Of a stretch of DNA of 64,000 bases, positions 53,395 to 64,000 are shown piece by piece; the first letter of the stretch is position 1; each line of letters begins with the position of its first letter. The position numbers and the translations under genes were made by a program. Origin of the DNA: an uncultured cyanobacterium (lineage in GTDB: Bacteria; Cyanobacteriota; Cyanobacteriia; Cyanobacteriales; Cyanobacteriaceae); contig CAVVOP010000025.1 of the NCBI GenBank assembly GCA_963749915.1, positions 15,625 to 79,624 of the forward strand, written 5' to 3'. A model generated the notes under the pieces. That model saw only the letters and a program-made list of their open reading frames with translations, did not search any database and was not told the DNA's origin.

Positions 53395-54345
53395 ATGCGC
53401 ATTTTTGTTACTGGTGCTAGTGGATGTATAGGTCATTATATTGCTGATTTATTGATTAAAAATACCGATCATGAATTGTTTTTATTAGTCAGAAATCCTA
53501 GTAAACTCAAATTTGATTATAATCATCGTGAAGGGGTTAATATTCTTCAAGGCGATTTAGCCCAAGTTCTTGATTATAAAGAGTTATTAAACACTATTAA
53601 TATAGCCATTTTGGCGGCGACTTGTTGGGGCGGTGAAGAAGAATCCTATCAAATAAATGTTGAGGCAAATCTAAATTTAATTAACAGTTTAAACAAAGAA
53701 AATTGTCAACAAATAATATATTTTTCTACTGCGAGTATTTTAGATCAAAATAATCAACTTTTAACAGAAGCAGGAGAAATTGGCACTGATTATATTCGCA
53801 CTAAATATCAATGTTTTACAAAATTATCAGAGTTAGAATTATATCCAAAAATTATCACTGTTTACCCCACTTTAGTTTTCGGCGGCGATGATCATAAACC
53901 TTATTCTCATCTTTCCGGAGGCTTGAAGGATTTACCTAAATTGATGAATTTAATTCGTTGGTTTCAAGCTGATGGTAGTTTTCATTTTATTCATGCTTAT
54001 GATATTGCTACCGTCATCGCTTATTTGGTGGAAAATGGAACTAATTTAGAGGGTTATTTTGATAAAAAATTAGTTTTAGGCAATCGACCATTAACGGTTA
54101 ATGAAGTGATAAAAGAGATTTGTAATTATCTTCGTAAAAAAGTTTATTTTCAAATACCTTTACCGATTTGGTTAGCAAATATTTTCATAAAAGTGTTTAA
54201 TATTCAAATGGCAGAATGGGACTATTTTTGTTTTAATTATCGTCATTTTATTTACGGTAAATTTGTCAATCCAACTACCTTTAATTTAGAACCTTATGCA
54301 CCGAATTTAACTAAATTATTAGAAGTTTCACAAGTTTCTAAGTAA
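53395..54345 (+). CDS. NAD-dependent epimerase/dehydratase
   Basis: TGASGCIG, YIRTK. Confidence 0.85.
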   Translation: MRIFVTGASGCIGHYIADLLIKNTDHELFLLVRNPSKLKFDYNHREGVNILQGDLAQVLDYKELLNTINIAILAATCWGGEEESYQINVEANLNLINSLNKENCQQIIYFSTASILDQNNQLLTEAGEIGTDYIRTKYQCFTKLSELELYPKIITVYPTLVFGGDDHKPYSHLSGGLKDLPKLMNLIRWFQADGSFHFIHAYDIATVIAYLVENGTNLEGYFDKKLVLGNRPLTVNEVIKEICNYLRKKVYFQIPLPIWLANIFIKVFNIQMAEWDYFCFNYRHFIYGKFVNPTTFNLEPYAPNLTKLLEVSQVSK

Positions 54346-54396
54346 TTATAGCAATCAGGAATGATTTGTGAGGTTTTAGTCAAGGCAAATGATCAA

Positions 54397-54972
54397 TTAT
54401 TTATCGGCAATAATTTTCGCCGCTAATATTCCACCGATAAAACCGAATAAATGTCCTAACCATGAGACATGAGGATTGGAGGGTAAAACTCCCCAAATCA
54501 TGCCACCATAGAGGAAAACCACCATTAAAGAAAGGGCAATAGATGGGGTATTTTTTTGGAAGTAACCCCGTAAAAGGAGAAAACCTAAGTAACCAAAAAT
54601 AACTCCACTAGCACCAACGGTAATAGAATTTGGTCGTGCAAATAACCATACTCCGATACCACTAACTATCATAGAATAGAAACTGACAGTGAAAAAGTCA
54701 TCGGTATCCTGCAACATCACAAACCAAGCTAAAATGGCAAAGGGTACTGTATTGGCGATTAAATGGGTAAAATCTGTATGCAGAAATGGTGCTAGAATTA
54801 TCCCTCTTAATCCCACTATATTCCTTGGTATGATACCAAAATAATCTAGGCGATCGCCAAAAAAAGTTTGGTTAACAATTTCCACAATCCAAAAAATAGC
54901 GATAAAAGTACCAATAATGTTAAATTGGGATTTTAATTCTTTAACAAACCCCTTCATATTCTCATCACTCAT
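54397..54972 (-). CDS. Rhomboid-family intramembrane serine protease
   Basis: HLIAN, GASG, SWLGHLFG. Confidence 0.9.
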   Translation of the reverse strand: MSDENMKGFVKELKSQFNIIGTFIAIFWIVEIVNQTFFGDRLDYFGIIPRNIVGLRGIILAPFLHTDFTHLIANTVPFAILAWFVMLQDTDDFFTVSFYSMIVSGIGVWLFARPNSITVGASGVIFGYLGFLLLRGYFQKNTPSIALSLMVVFLYGGMIWGVLPSNPHVSWLGHLFGFIGGILAAKIIADK

Positions 54973-55451
54973 GAGTCATTTTCCTGTTGAGTTATTTTCT
55001 CCATTTTATAGCGATCAAAAGAAATATTTCCATAATAAACCGTTTCCATTGCGGAAATAGTAAAACCACAGCGAGAAAAGACCGGTTGAGAGAAAAAACT
55101 TGCCTCGGTGTAAAATCTGCTTATTCCTTGTTTAATCCCCATTTCTAACACATATAACAATAATTTTGTGCCGTAACCTTGACGAGTAAAATCAGGATGG
55201 AGATAAAAAGAAGCAATATACCCATCATTTTTTAAACCACAAAAGCCGATAATTTGCCCATTTTTAAGTAATAAATAGGTATCAGCATTAAAAATAAAAT
55301 CATGAAACTGACTAATATTATTGGGTGCAGATGACCAAGCAATGACTTGTGAGGGGGAATATAAACTAGGGGCAAGTTTTTTGACAGTATGAGAGTATAT
55401 CTGCCTTAATTTATCAAAATCTTCCTTCACAGCTAAACGAAACATAAGCAA
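54969..55451 (-). CDS. GNAT acetyltransferase
   Basis: FYLHPDFTRQGYGTKLL. Confidence 0.85.
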   Translation of the reverse strand: MLMFRLAVKEDFDKLRQIYSHTVKKLAPSLYSPSQVIAWSSAPNNISQFHDFIFNADTYLLLKNGQIIGFCGLKNDGYIASFYLHPDFTRQGYGTKLLLYVLEMGIKQGISRFYTEASFFSQPVFSRCGFTISAMETVYYGNISFDRYKMEKITQQENDS

Positions 55452-55544
55452 TTAACAGTTAATTACTAAATCGATTATCGACGGTCTATTGTCAATGATG
55501 GTTTACAATACTTAATAATATCCCATTAAATTAATGATTAGATT

Positions 55545-55811
55545 ATGAGTGCAAAAGTAGAAATTTATACATGGAGTACTTGTCCTTTCTGTATTCGTGC
55601 TAAAGGTTTATTAAAACAAAAACAAGTAGAGTTTATCGAATATTGTATTGACGGGGATAATGAAGCTAAAATGAAAATGTCAGAAAGAGCGAATGGGCAT
55701 GCTAGCGTTCCGCAAATTTTTATTGATGATAAGCATATCGGCGGATGTGCTGATTTATATGAGATTAACGCCACAGGAGAATTAGATAAATTATTAGGAG
55801 GAATTAGTTAA
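55545..55811 (+). CDS. grxC: Glutaredoxin 3
   Basis: CPFC, SVPQIFI, IGGC. Confidence 0.93.
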   Translation: MSAKVEIYTWSTCPFCIRAKGLLKQKQVEFIEYCIDGDNEAKMKMSERANGHASVPQIFIDDKHIGGCADLYEINATGELDKLLGGIS

Positions 55812-55899
55812 CTCACCGAAAACCTCTTTGCCTTGCCTGTGTTAGCATCTTTGCGAGAGAAACCAACCCGACACCGCCAAACTCAAATTACCCCATCAT

Positions 55900-56865
55900 A
55901 TGAAATTTGTATTTATTATAGATCCCATCGCCAAATTAGATCCCACCCATGATAGTAGCGTGGCGATGATGGAATCCGCTCAAAATTTAGGTCATGAAGT
56001 TTATATCACTACCATTAATGAACTTAGTGTTGTTAGTGGTAAAGCCTATGCACATTTACAAACTGTTACCCTTAAACCTGTAAAATTAATACATAATCAC
56101 TGGCAAATAGAAGAAAACTGGTATTCATTGACAGAATCCACTTTTTTACCTCTAGAATTTTGTGATGCGGTGTTTATGCGTAAAGATCCGCCTGTTAATA
56201 TTCCCTATCTTTATGCCACATACATTTTAGACTTAATCGATCCTCAGAAAACAAAAGTTATCAATTCTCCCCAAGGGATTCGCTCAGCTAACGAAAAAAT
56301 GTACGCTTTACAATTCCCTTCTGTTCTTCCTGCCACCATCGTCACCCAGAGTAAATCTGTCATTGCTGATTTTTTAGCAGAAAAAGAAGCGATAATACTA
56401 AAACCTCTTGGAGGTAAGGCTGGAGAGGGGATTTTATTCTTACAACAAGGCGATCGCAATTTCAACTCGTTGATCGAAATTAGTACCAAACAAGGGCAAG
56501 AACCGATTATGGTACAAGAATATTTACCATCGGCAAAAGAAGGAGATAAAAGAATTATCTTATTAAACGGTTTATCCATTGGTGCAGTGAATCGCATTCC
56601 TACAGGCAAAGAATTTCGAGGAAATATGGCTGTAGGAGGTAGAGTTGCTCCCACACAAATTACTGAAAGAGAGTTAACTATTTGTGAAACCCTTGCACCA
56701 AAACTTCTAGAAGACGGTTTATTCTTCGTGGGAATAGACGTAATCGGCGGCTATTTAACAGAAGTAAACGTAACCAGTCCAACGGGAATCAGAGAAATTG
56801 ATCGGCTAAACAGTGTGAAGTTAGGAGAAAAAGTTATTAAGGCGGTTGTTTCTCCATGTCAATAA
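55900..56865 (+). CDS. gshB: Glutathione synthetase
   Basis: MRKDPP, NEKMY, GDKRI, EVNVTSPTG. Confidence 0.96.
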   Translation: MKFVFIIDPIAKLDPTHDSSVAMMESAQNLGHEVYITTINELSVVSGKAYAHLQTVTLKPVKLIHNHWQIEENWYSLTESTFLPLEFCDAVFMRKDPPVNIPYLYATYILDLIDPQKTKVINSPQGIRSANEKMYALQFPSVLPATIVTQSKSVIADFLAEKEAIILKPLGGKAGEGILFLQQGDRNFNSLIEISTKQGQEPIMVQEYLPSAKEGDKRIILLNGLSIGAVNRIPTGKEFRGNMAVGGRVAPTQITERELTICETLAPKLLEDGLFFVGIDVIGGYLTEVNVTSPTGIREIDRLNSVKLGEKVIKAVVSPCQ

Positions 56866-56916
56866 ATTATTTGCCTTATTATGTTAGTTGATCACAAAGC
56901 TACAAGCTTTTACCAA

Positions 56917-57006
56917 CGGAGAGAGAGGGATTCGAACCCTCGGTGGAGCTATAAACCCCACAACTTCTTAGCAGGAAGCCGCTTTCAACCGCTCAGCCAT
57001 CTCTCC
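56917..57006 (-). tRNA. tRNA-Ser(GCT)
   Basis: GGAGAGATGGCTGAG...CT GCT AA...long variable arm...GGTTCGAATCC...CTCTCCG. Confidence 0.95.
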
Positions 57007-57253
57007 ACATAGATATCTAGAGAATTATAACAAATCCTAATGACTTTTGGCAACACATAGTTTTGTTGCGTATTGTTAAGTTTTGTATGCGATTCTCCTG
57101 GTTCTTTTTGAGAAATTATTGACAGTGGTTACGCCATCGAGATAGGATGGGGGGTGGTGTCTTAAAATCTTGTTCGGATCAGGTCAAGAAATAGATAAAG
57201 CAGAAAAATTAAACTCTGCTACCTGTACGGCAGTATATAAAAAGGAAATTAAT

Positions 57254-57631
57254 ATGACTTACGCAGTAATTGAAATCTGTGGGAAACAACTTAAAGTTGA
57301 ACCCGGCAGATTTTATGATTTAGATAGAATTGATGTAGAATTAGACGGTGATTTGGTCATTGAAAAAGTGTTACTAATTCATCACCAGGATCAAATTCAG
57401 ATTGGACAACCTTACATTGAAGGTGGTAGCGTCAGCAGTACAATTATCGGTCACCGTCGGGGTAAAAAGGTAATCGTTTATAAAATGCAACCGAAGAAGA
57501 AAACCCGTAAAAAAAGAGGCCATAGGCAAGAATTAAGTCGCTTAATGATTAATTCCATCAGTTTAGACGGCAAATTGTTGGCGCAAAAACCTACGGAAGC
57601 TGTTGAAGCAGAAGTTGCCGTTGGAGCTTAA
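57254..57631 (+). CDS. rplU: 50S ribosomal protein L21
   Basis: MTYAVIEICGKQLKV, KKTRKKRGHRQ. Confidence 0.96.
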   Translation: MTYAVIEICGKQLKVEPGRFYDLDRIDVELDGDLVIEKVLLIHHQDQIQIGQPYIEGGSVSSTIIGHRRGKKVIVYKMQPKKKTRKKRGHRQELSRLMINSISLDGKLLAQKPTEAVEAEVAVGA

Positions 57632-57690
57632 GATTGAGCACAATAGATTTTAGAGATAAAATAAATTTACTATACTAGGAGTATAATTGA

Positions 57691-57954
57691 ATGGCACATA
57701 AGAAAGGTACAGGTAGTACAAGAAACGGGAGAGATTCTAATTCTAAGCGCTTAGGGGTTAAACGTTATGGCGGCGAAAGCGTTAAGGCTGGTAATATTTT
57801 AGTTCGTCAACGTGGCACTAAAATTTACCCCGGCAATAATGTTGGTATCGGGAAAGATGATACCCTTTTTGCACTTATCGAAGGAGTTGTTAAATTTGAA
57901 TATAAAACTGCTAGTCGGAAAAAAGTAAGTGTGTATCCTCTAGAAGTGGCTTAA
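57691..57954 (+). CDS. rpmA: 50S ribosomal protein L27
   Basis: [16 protein letters not shown]. Confidence 0.98.
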   Translation: MAHKKGTGSTRNGRDSNSKRLGVKRYGGESVKAGNILVRQRGTKIYPGNNVGIGKDDTLFALIEGVVKFEYKTASRKKVSVYPLEVA

Positions 57955-57985
57955 GTTGCCGAAATAAAACTTGGATAGTCAAAAG

Positions 57986-58035
57986 ACTGGGTAAGCTAAA
58001 TCTAATTTTAGAGGTCGCCTTCACCCAGTTTTTTT
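57986..58035 (+). terminator. Probable terminator after rpmA
   Basis: ACTGGGT/ACCCAGT stem followed by a T-run. Confidence 0.5.
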
Positions 58036-58055
58036 ATGGTGTGTTCTGTAGATGC

Positions 58056-59018
58056 TCAACTAAAATTCCACATCACAGGGTTATCATCTAAATGTTTTGT
58101 TACTTCATAGCCAATGGCACTAATTTTGATCACGTCTTCTTCACTTAACTTGATTTCTACCGCTTGGGCATTTTCTTTTACCTGTTGTGAGTTTCTTGCC
58201 CCTACAATAGCGTTGCTTTTCGGTTGTTTTATTAACCATGCGATCGCCAATTGACCTAAAGTACAATTATATTGTTGAGCAATGGGGGTTAATTGAGTTA
58301 GGGCTGTTTGTACCCTTTCCCAGTGGGGGGATTGAAATAAACGATGATCTTTGCGATGATCACCCTCATCAAAGTGAGGATTATTCCCAAATTTTCCGGT
58401 TAAAATCCCTTGTGCAAGGGAAGAATAAGCCAAAATTGAGATATTATGCTCAATACAATAGGGTTGTGTCTCTTTTTCTACCCCGCGCCAAAAAAGAGAA
58501 TAAGGGGGTTGAATGCTATCAATCTGCCCATAATTAGAGGCTTCTGCTAATTCCTGACAAGAAAAGTTGGACACCCCTAGGGCTCTAATTTTACCCTGTT
58601 GTTTTAAATCATTTAACGCCTTCATAGTTTCTTCTATGGGAACAATCTCACTTTTCCAACTACCCGAGGGCCAATGAATTTGATATAAATCAATATAATC
58701 TGTCTGTAAGTTTGTCAAGGAATTATCACAGGCGGCGATCACCTGATTATATTTCATGTGATTAGCAAAAACTTTCGTTGCATAAATTACTTTATCCCGC
58801 ACATCTTTTAAAGCTTGACTAACAATTCTTTCCGAGTGTCCTTCTCCATATACTTCGGCGGTGTCAATGGTGGTAATACCTACCTCAAAAGCCTCTCGAA
58901 TTGCTTTAATACTTTCGGTATCTTCAATACCAGCCCACATTCTTTTGCCCGCTTGCCATGTACCCATAATTACAGGAGTAATGTATAAATTTGAGTTACC
59001 TAATTGTCTAGTTTCCAT
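58056..59018 (-). CDS. Aldo/keto reductase
   Basis: IDTAEVYG, IDLYQIHWP, GKIRALGVSNF. Confidence 0.92.
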   Translation of the reverse strand: METRQLGNSNLYITPVIMGTWQAGKRMWAGIEDTESIKAIREAFEVGITTIDTAEVYGEGHSERIVSQALKDVRDKVIYATKVFANHMKYNQVIAACDNSLTNLQTDYIDLYQIHWPSGSWKSEIVPIEETMKALNDLKQQGKIRALGVSNFSCQELAEASNYGQIDSIQPPYSLFWRGVEKETQPYCIEHNISILAYSSLAQGILTGKFGNNPHFDEGDHRKDHRLFQSPHWERVQTALTQLTPIAQQYNCTLGQLAIAWLIKQPKSNAIVGARNSQQVKENAQAVEIKLSEEDVIKISAIGYEVTKHLDDNPVMWNFS

Positions 59019-59036
59019 TTTTACTCAGTTTTTTTA

Positions 59037-61575
59037 TTAGGAAGGAAAAAAAATATCTAAATATTCCGCTAATTTTATCCATAAACGCAGTTGATTATTC
59101 GTTTTTAAAATACCATTATGTCCCGATAATGTAGGTAACAATTGTTGATGTAAGAAGTCGTAATAAGTTTCTTGAACTTTATCTAACCACAGATTAAGTT
59201 TTAATTGTTGTCCCACTTTTATCAATTTATCTATCAATTGAATATCTGTTTCCAAGCTATCCGATCGATTCTCTGATAGAATTTGTTTAAGACAAGATAA
59301 GATTAAATTCTCAAGGGTTTTTTTCCCTTTTGGGATCTCCAATTTGCATCTTAAATTATCTGCCTCCCCTGCGATCGCCTCTAGGTCAATTAAATAAGGT
59401 TCCAAATTATCAAGGTCGGGGTTGTTATTATTAATGGCCTCAATGACTTTAAGACAACGATAGGAAATAGCTATTTCTGCCGCCACCTGTAACTCTTGGG
59501 GAATCGGCACTTCATCCCGTTGAAAAGCGAGTAAAATACTGTAATTATCTCGATAAACTTGAGTATAAAGCTGATCAAGGCGTTTTTTCGTGGTGGTGGT
59601 TAATTTCTGCATAATAGATAACCTTTCTTCCGCAAAAAGATGTTTTAAATCGAAGGATTTGTTACCGAATAGCCGACTCATGGTTAAAATTAAATCGACG
59701 ATGCTGGTTTGCTTCAACAGGGCAAATAATTCCTCTTTCATCTCGGTATAAGCCAAGCGACTAGAAAAGGGTTGAATACAACAGTGAAAATCCCAACCGC
59801 CAAGATGCAACACCGCAAAGATAAAATGTCCACTTTCCCAAGTAATTTGTGAGGTTAAACGCACTTGCCCTATTACCAACGTTAAAGAACCGATCTGTTG
59901 TTTTTGATAGTCTAATTGTTGGGCAGAGTAACAGTAAATATTTTGCTCCTCTTGATAGTTATTATAGAGAGAACTAAGGGCATAATGGGCCGTTACTTGT
60001 TCTAAATTGACTTGAGATGGTATCACCGCTTGACGATAAACCCCTTCACCGTTTCTATATTCCTCAACATTACTCTCGGCAAGGGATAATCGATGGATAA
60101 ATTCCTTTTCTAATTGTACTCCAGCAACCTCTCCCACTAAATCTACCGCATGGGAAGCATAGCGTAGTACTTGTGTACCTTCAGGACGAGAAATTTCTTC
60201 AAAAAACCAACCGCAACTGGTAAACATTAATAAAGAGTTTCGTTGTATTTCTAACAATCGTAGAGCGTCAATTTCTTCGGAGGAGGATAATTTATGAGTG
60301 CTATGACGATGCAAAAATTGTTTGATGGTGTCCTGACTACGATCTAAAATAACTTCTATATATTCATCTCTGGCTAACCAAGGATTTTGAAAATAATTAT
60401 AACCAACATCCTCATAAACTTTAGTTAACTCGTCTCGTAACCAATTTAAAGTCTCTCGTAGGGGTTTACGCCATTTTTGATGGTATTCACCACCACCGCC
60501 GCAACCACAATCATCTTGCCATCTTTCCACACCATGATAACAACTCCAAGCAGTAACGGGTTTTAATTCCACCTCCCATGTAGGAGTTACTAAACTAAGA
60601 TAGTGTGCATAATTAGTAACTGTCCAACCTTGTTGCGGAAATTCTTGAGTGAAAGTATAGGCCAGACATTTTTCCGTATCTTTTTTATGATGCCCAAAAG
60701 TTTCCCCGTCGGTGGCCACAGAAATAATTTGCGATGGACGATCATCCCCTCGAATGGCTAACTTTAACCGAGAGTGAAAATGATGACTGCTTAAGAGGAC
60801 ATCCCCGAAACCCATATCCCCAGAAATAGGTCCATCATAGAAGAAAATGTCAATATAATCCCCATCGTTAACATAACACCGATAAGGCCGTGTCGGGTCA
60901 ATTTGTCCTCCCCCAACCTCTAGCCATTGGTTATTATCTCTGACAATAGGGCGACATCTCTTGGCTTGGGTAGGTGCAAGGATAATAAACTTAATCCCCT
61001 CGGCAATTAATACTTCCAAAGTGGGATAATCTACTGCCGTTTCTGCTAACCACATTCCTTCGGGTTGTCTTCCAAAGCGATGATAAAAGTCGGCTTTTCC
61101 CCATTTTATCTGTGTATATTTATCTCTTTCGTTAGCAAGGGGCAAGATAATATGATTATACACTTGAGCGATGGCATTACCGTGACCATTCAACCGTTGA
61201 CAACTAAGGCGATCGGCTTCAATAATTTTCTGATATACTTCAAGATCATATTTTTCTAACCATGACATTAAAGTAGCACCGATATTAAAACTCATGTACT
61301 CGTAGTTATTGACAATACCGACAATATCTCCATCATCGTTGAAAATACGGGCAAAGGCATTATTACGATAACACTCATAAAAAATACGCTCATTCCAATC
61401 ATGAAAAGGGTGTGCGCTAGGTTGCCTTTCAATAACGTTAAGGTAAGGATTTTCTCTAGGGGGCTGATAAAAATGTCCGTGAACTGTGACATAAATACCT
61501 TTTGCTTCCTGTAGAGGGTGACATTTCAGGTATTAAAATATTTTGGTTAGAGTTATCGACAGTAACTGTAGTCAT
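59037..61575 (-). CDS. GH57-like glycoside hydrolase with DUF3536; one +1 frameshift within 61515-61575 (probable sequencing error)
   Basis: VTVHGHFYQPPRENP in frame with ORF 59037-61295; WLAETA, ATDGETFGHH, MFTSCGWFF. Confidence 0.85.
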
Positions 61576-61648
61576 GGGAAAAAATAAAATGAGGCTCCTA
61601 TATTTGAGCTATACTAGCAAAAAATCATCTATTTGTAAAAGAGTTGTG

Positions 61649-62029
61649 ATGGCAGATGAATCTCTAGTCAAGCTTACCCTAGTTTTCAACGATCCAGACT
61701 TGGATGCCGAAGAAAAGGATGAGGAAGTGCAAAAGCTCCTCAATCAGATGCAGAAGCTCGATGAAGTTGAGGAAATTACTCGCGTTATCGATCCCAATCC
61801 ACCAGCAGAGAATAAGGCACTGGGGGGCTTTCTGGTGGGAATGCTGACGGCTGTAGTGAAGCCAGAGAATATCAAGGTATTATTTGGGTTTTTAAGTGAA
61901 CGACTGAAAGGCAAGCCCATTGAAATAGCTATTAAAGCGCCAGATGGCAGAGAATTGAATATTAAAGCTAACAGTCAAGCTGAGTTTGAATTCGCCTTTC
62001 AGAAAGCACAGGAATTTCTTAAATCATAG
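61649..62029 (+). CDS. EACC1-like effector-associated constant component
   Basis: DPDLDAEEKDEEVQKLLNQM...PNPPAENKALGGFLVGML...FLSERL; directly upstream of a caspase. Confidence 0.6.
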   Translation: MADESLVKLTLVFNDPDLDAEEKDEEVQKLLNQMQKLDEVEEITRVIDPNPPAENKALGGFLVGMLTAVVKPENIKVLFGFLSERLKGKPIEIAIKAPDGRELNIKANSQAEFEFAFQKAQEFLKS

Positions 62030-62038
62030 GTAGGGAAA

Positions 62039-63948
62039 GTGGCAAAAATGGCGTTGCTGATTGGAGTTAGTGAGTATGAGCCAGGTTTGAATCCGCTTCC
62101 TGGTGCTGTCAAGGATGTAGATGCAGTGCAGCAAGTTTTGTTGCGTCCAGAGATAGGGGGATTTATTGAGTCTGATGTAACTGTGCTGAAAAATCCTGCC
62201 CGACAGAAAATGGAGGAAGAAATCGAGAAACTATTTAGCAATCGGCAAAAAGACGATCTCGTGCTACTTTTCTTCTCCGGTCATGGTATTAAAGATGACA
62301 CAGGCAAGCTTTATTTGGCAACACGCAACACTCAGAAAACTGACCGAGGAGAGTTACGTGCGCTCCTCTGCTGTGGCAGCTAGTTTTGTCCATGAAAATA
62401 TGGAACGCAGCCGTTCTAAGCGGCAAGTGGTGATTCTTGATAGTTGCTTTAGTGGGGCTTTTGCTGAGGGTTTATCGGCTAAAGATGATGGCACTGTTAA
62501 CATCCGCGAGCAATTAGGAGGAGAAGGAAGGGCTATTCTCACTTCATCGACTTCAACTCAATATTCCTTTGAACAGCAGGAATCAGATCTTTCAATTTAC
62601 ACCCGTTATTTGATTGGGGGAATTACAACTGGGGCGGCAGACTTAAATGACGATGGGTTTGTCTCGATGGGTGAGTTGCATGATTATGTCAGCCAGAAGG
62701 TCAGAGAAACACAGCCAGCGATGAAGCCGGAGATTTATCCGGGCAAAGAAGGTTATACAATCCGACTCACAAAAGTTCCTCCCGGCGATCCTAAAGAGAA
62801 ATATGCTAAAGAAGTAGCGCGATACAGTAGCCGAGGAGAGGTTACTTTTGTGGGGCGTAAAATTTTAGATGCTCAGAGAATTCAGTTGGGTTTGTCTGAG
62901 GATGAAGCAAGGGCGATTGAAGATGAGATTTTGGCAGTTGCTCGTCAAGAATTTCGAGAAAAATTACAACGCTACGAGCAAGATTTTACAGAAGCTTTGC
63001 AACAAGAAGTCCCTCTCAGTGAAGCCGATATTGATTCTCTAAGACAGAATCTCAAGCAAATTTTGGGATTGAGAAATGAAGATATCCAACCGATTGAGGC
63101 ACAGGTTAGGGCAAGAATTGAGGCTTACCAGCAACATCTCCAACAGTACGAGAGAGCAGAAATTTACCGAGGCGATGCGACAGGAATATCCTCTGAGTGA
63201 AACAACTCGCCGTCACTTGTAGGCAAATCCGCAACAATGGGAACTTAAGGAACCGGATTTAACTTCGATTGAAAGCCGAATTACTGCTGAAATAGAGGCA
63301 TATCGACAGAAATTGCGAGCAATACGAACAGGCATTTACTAACGCATTACAGCAGGAATATCCTCTCAGTGAAGGGAAGCGTAATGAACTGGCAACAACA
63401 GCAAAATTTAGGTCTGAAGGCTGGAGATATTGCCCCGATTGAAGCTCGAATTACTGCTGAGGTTGAAGCCTACCAGCAAAAATTACAACAGTACGAGGAG
63501 GTACTAACGCAAACTATTCAGCATGAATACCCCCTCAGTGCATGAAATTCGGGAGGAGTTAGAGCGATATCAAGGAGTTTTGGAACTTAGGGATGAAGAT
63601 GTAGCAAGAATTGAAGCCAGGGTGACTTCCCAGACAAAACCATACCATCTTCGGATGAAGATTTAGGTTCGCCTGAAATTCACACTCAAGAAGTTCAAGC
63701 AGATATTATTGCAGCAGCAAATCTTTACTCCAAGGGAGGCTGAAGTCCAGAAACTTAGGCAGAAAGAAATTGAGAGACAGACATATAAGGCGGCTGAACA
63801 ATCGCCCCTAGTATCCCATACTATTACTTCCGATGTTACGCCAGAATCGCCTCGCATTCCGCCTTTATCAGTGGAGATGAATCGGCGAAAGTTATTGCAG
63901 TGGATAGGTTGGGGAGGTGCAGGTGTAGGCGCAGACGTTAATCGGTAA
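62039..63948 (+). CDS. Caspase-family (C14) protease followed by helical repeats; many frameshifts and an apparently truncated C-terminus
   Basis: ALLIGVSEY, FSGHG (His), ILDSCFSG (Cys); repeated YEQxFT...QEYPLSE...IEARI units. Confidence 0.75.
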
Positions 63949-64000
63949 GGCAGCTTATCAATTGGCGACACAACCAAAAAAAACTAAAAATATTCCCAAT

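Larger units (their letters stand above)
7073..59378. repeat. HIP1 octamer GCGATCGC, dispersed (more than 15 copies seen)
   Basis: For example 7073, 8043, 10531, 14151, 30163, 32239, 50671, 59371. Confidence 0.9.

Noticed and set aside
56917..57006. tRNA-Ser as an integration site
   Set aside because: No duplicated tRNA 3' end or integrase nearby; flanked by housekeeping genes.
1921..63977. Numerous short antisense ORFs in the track (e.g. 8842-9099, 21960-22433, 27861-28259, 45121-45486, 50350-50730, 56244-56654)
   Set aside because: Shadow ORFs opposite well-supported genes.
1..64000. CRISPR array, cas genes, rRNA, prophage or integron integrase
   Set aside because: No regularly spaced repeat-spacer array, rRNA-like sequence, phage structural genes or tyrosine recombinase recognised.

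Overview
AT-rich chromosomal window from a unicellular cyanobacterium. Evidence: frequent HIP1 GCGATCGC sites, sigE, nirA with an NtcA box, and a dgdA-like gene; a Cyanobacterium/Geminocystis-like host is an inference. Housekeeping blocks (argH, htrA, sigE, rpsU, pbpC, purU, hrcA, nirA, hemL, gpsA, proB, tkt, dnaN, grxC-gshB, tRNA-Ser, rplU-rpmA) are interrupted by four accessory zones. (1) At 2.8-6.8 kb is a nested IS graveyard. It contains a 555-bp transposase-less element with 22-bp TIRs and a perfect 10-bp TSD, whose only cargo is an Avd/23S-IVP-like four-helix-bundle gene framed by inverted heptamer repeats. A 166-bp element with the same ends sits inside hsdM, where the catalytic core is deleted. 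(2) At 21.7-32.5 kb, a type I R-M operon is split by about ten toxin-antitoxin modules. Several are preceded by re-duplicated copies of the hsdM 3' tail, and several toxins are deleted or nonsense-mutated while the antitoxins stay intact. (3) At 41.1-44.3 kb, a chimeric IS66/IS5 remnant is flanked by a 470-bp direct duplication that keeps both neighbouring genes intact. (4) At 61.6-64 kb is a GC-richer EACC1-like gene plus a caspase with helical repeats. A candidate structured ncRNA with an RpaB/HLR1-like motif lies at 15.5-15.86 kb. Many single-base frameshifts look like long-read consensus errors and are flagged as such. All family assignments come from motif recognition by eye, not database searches.
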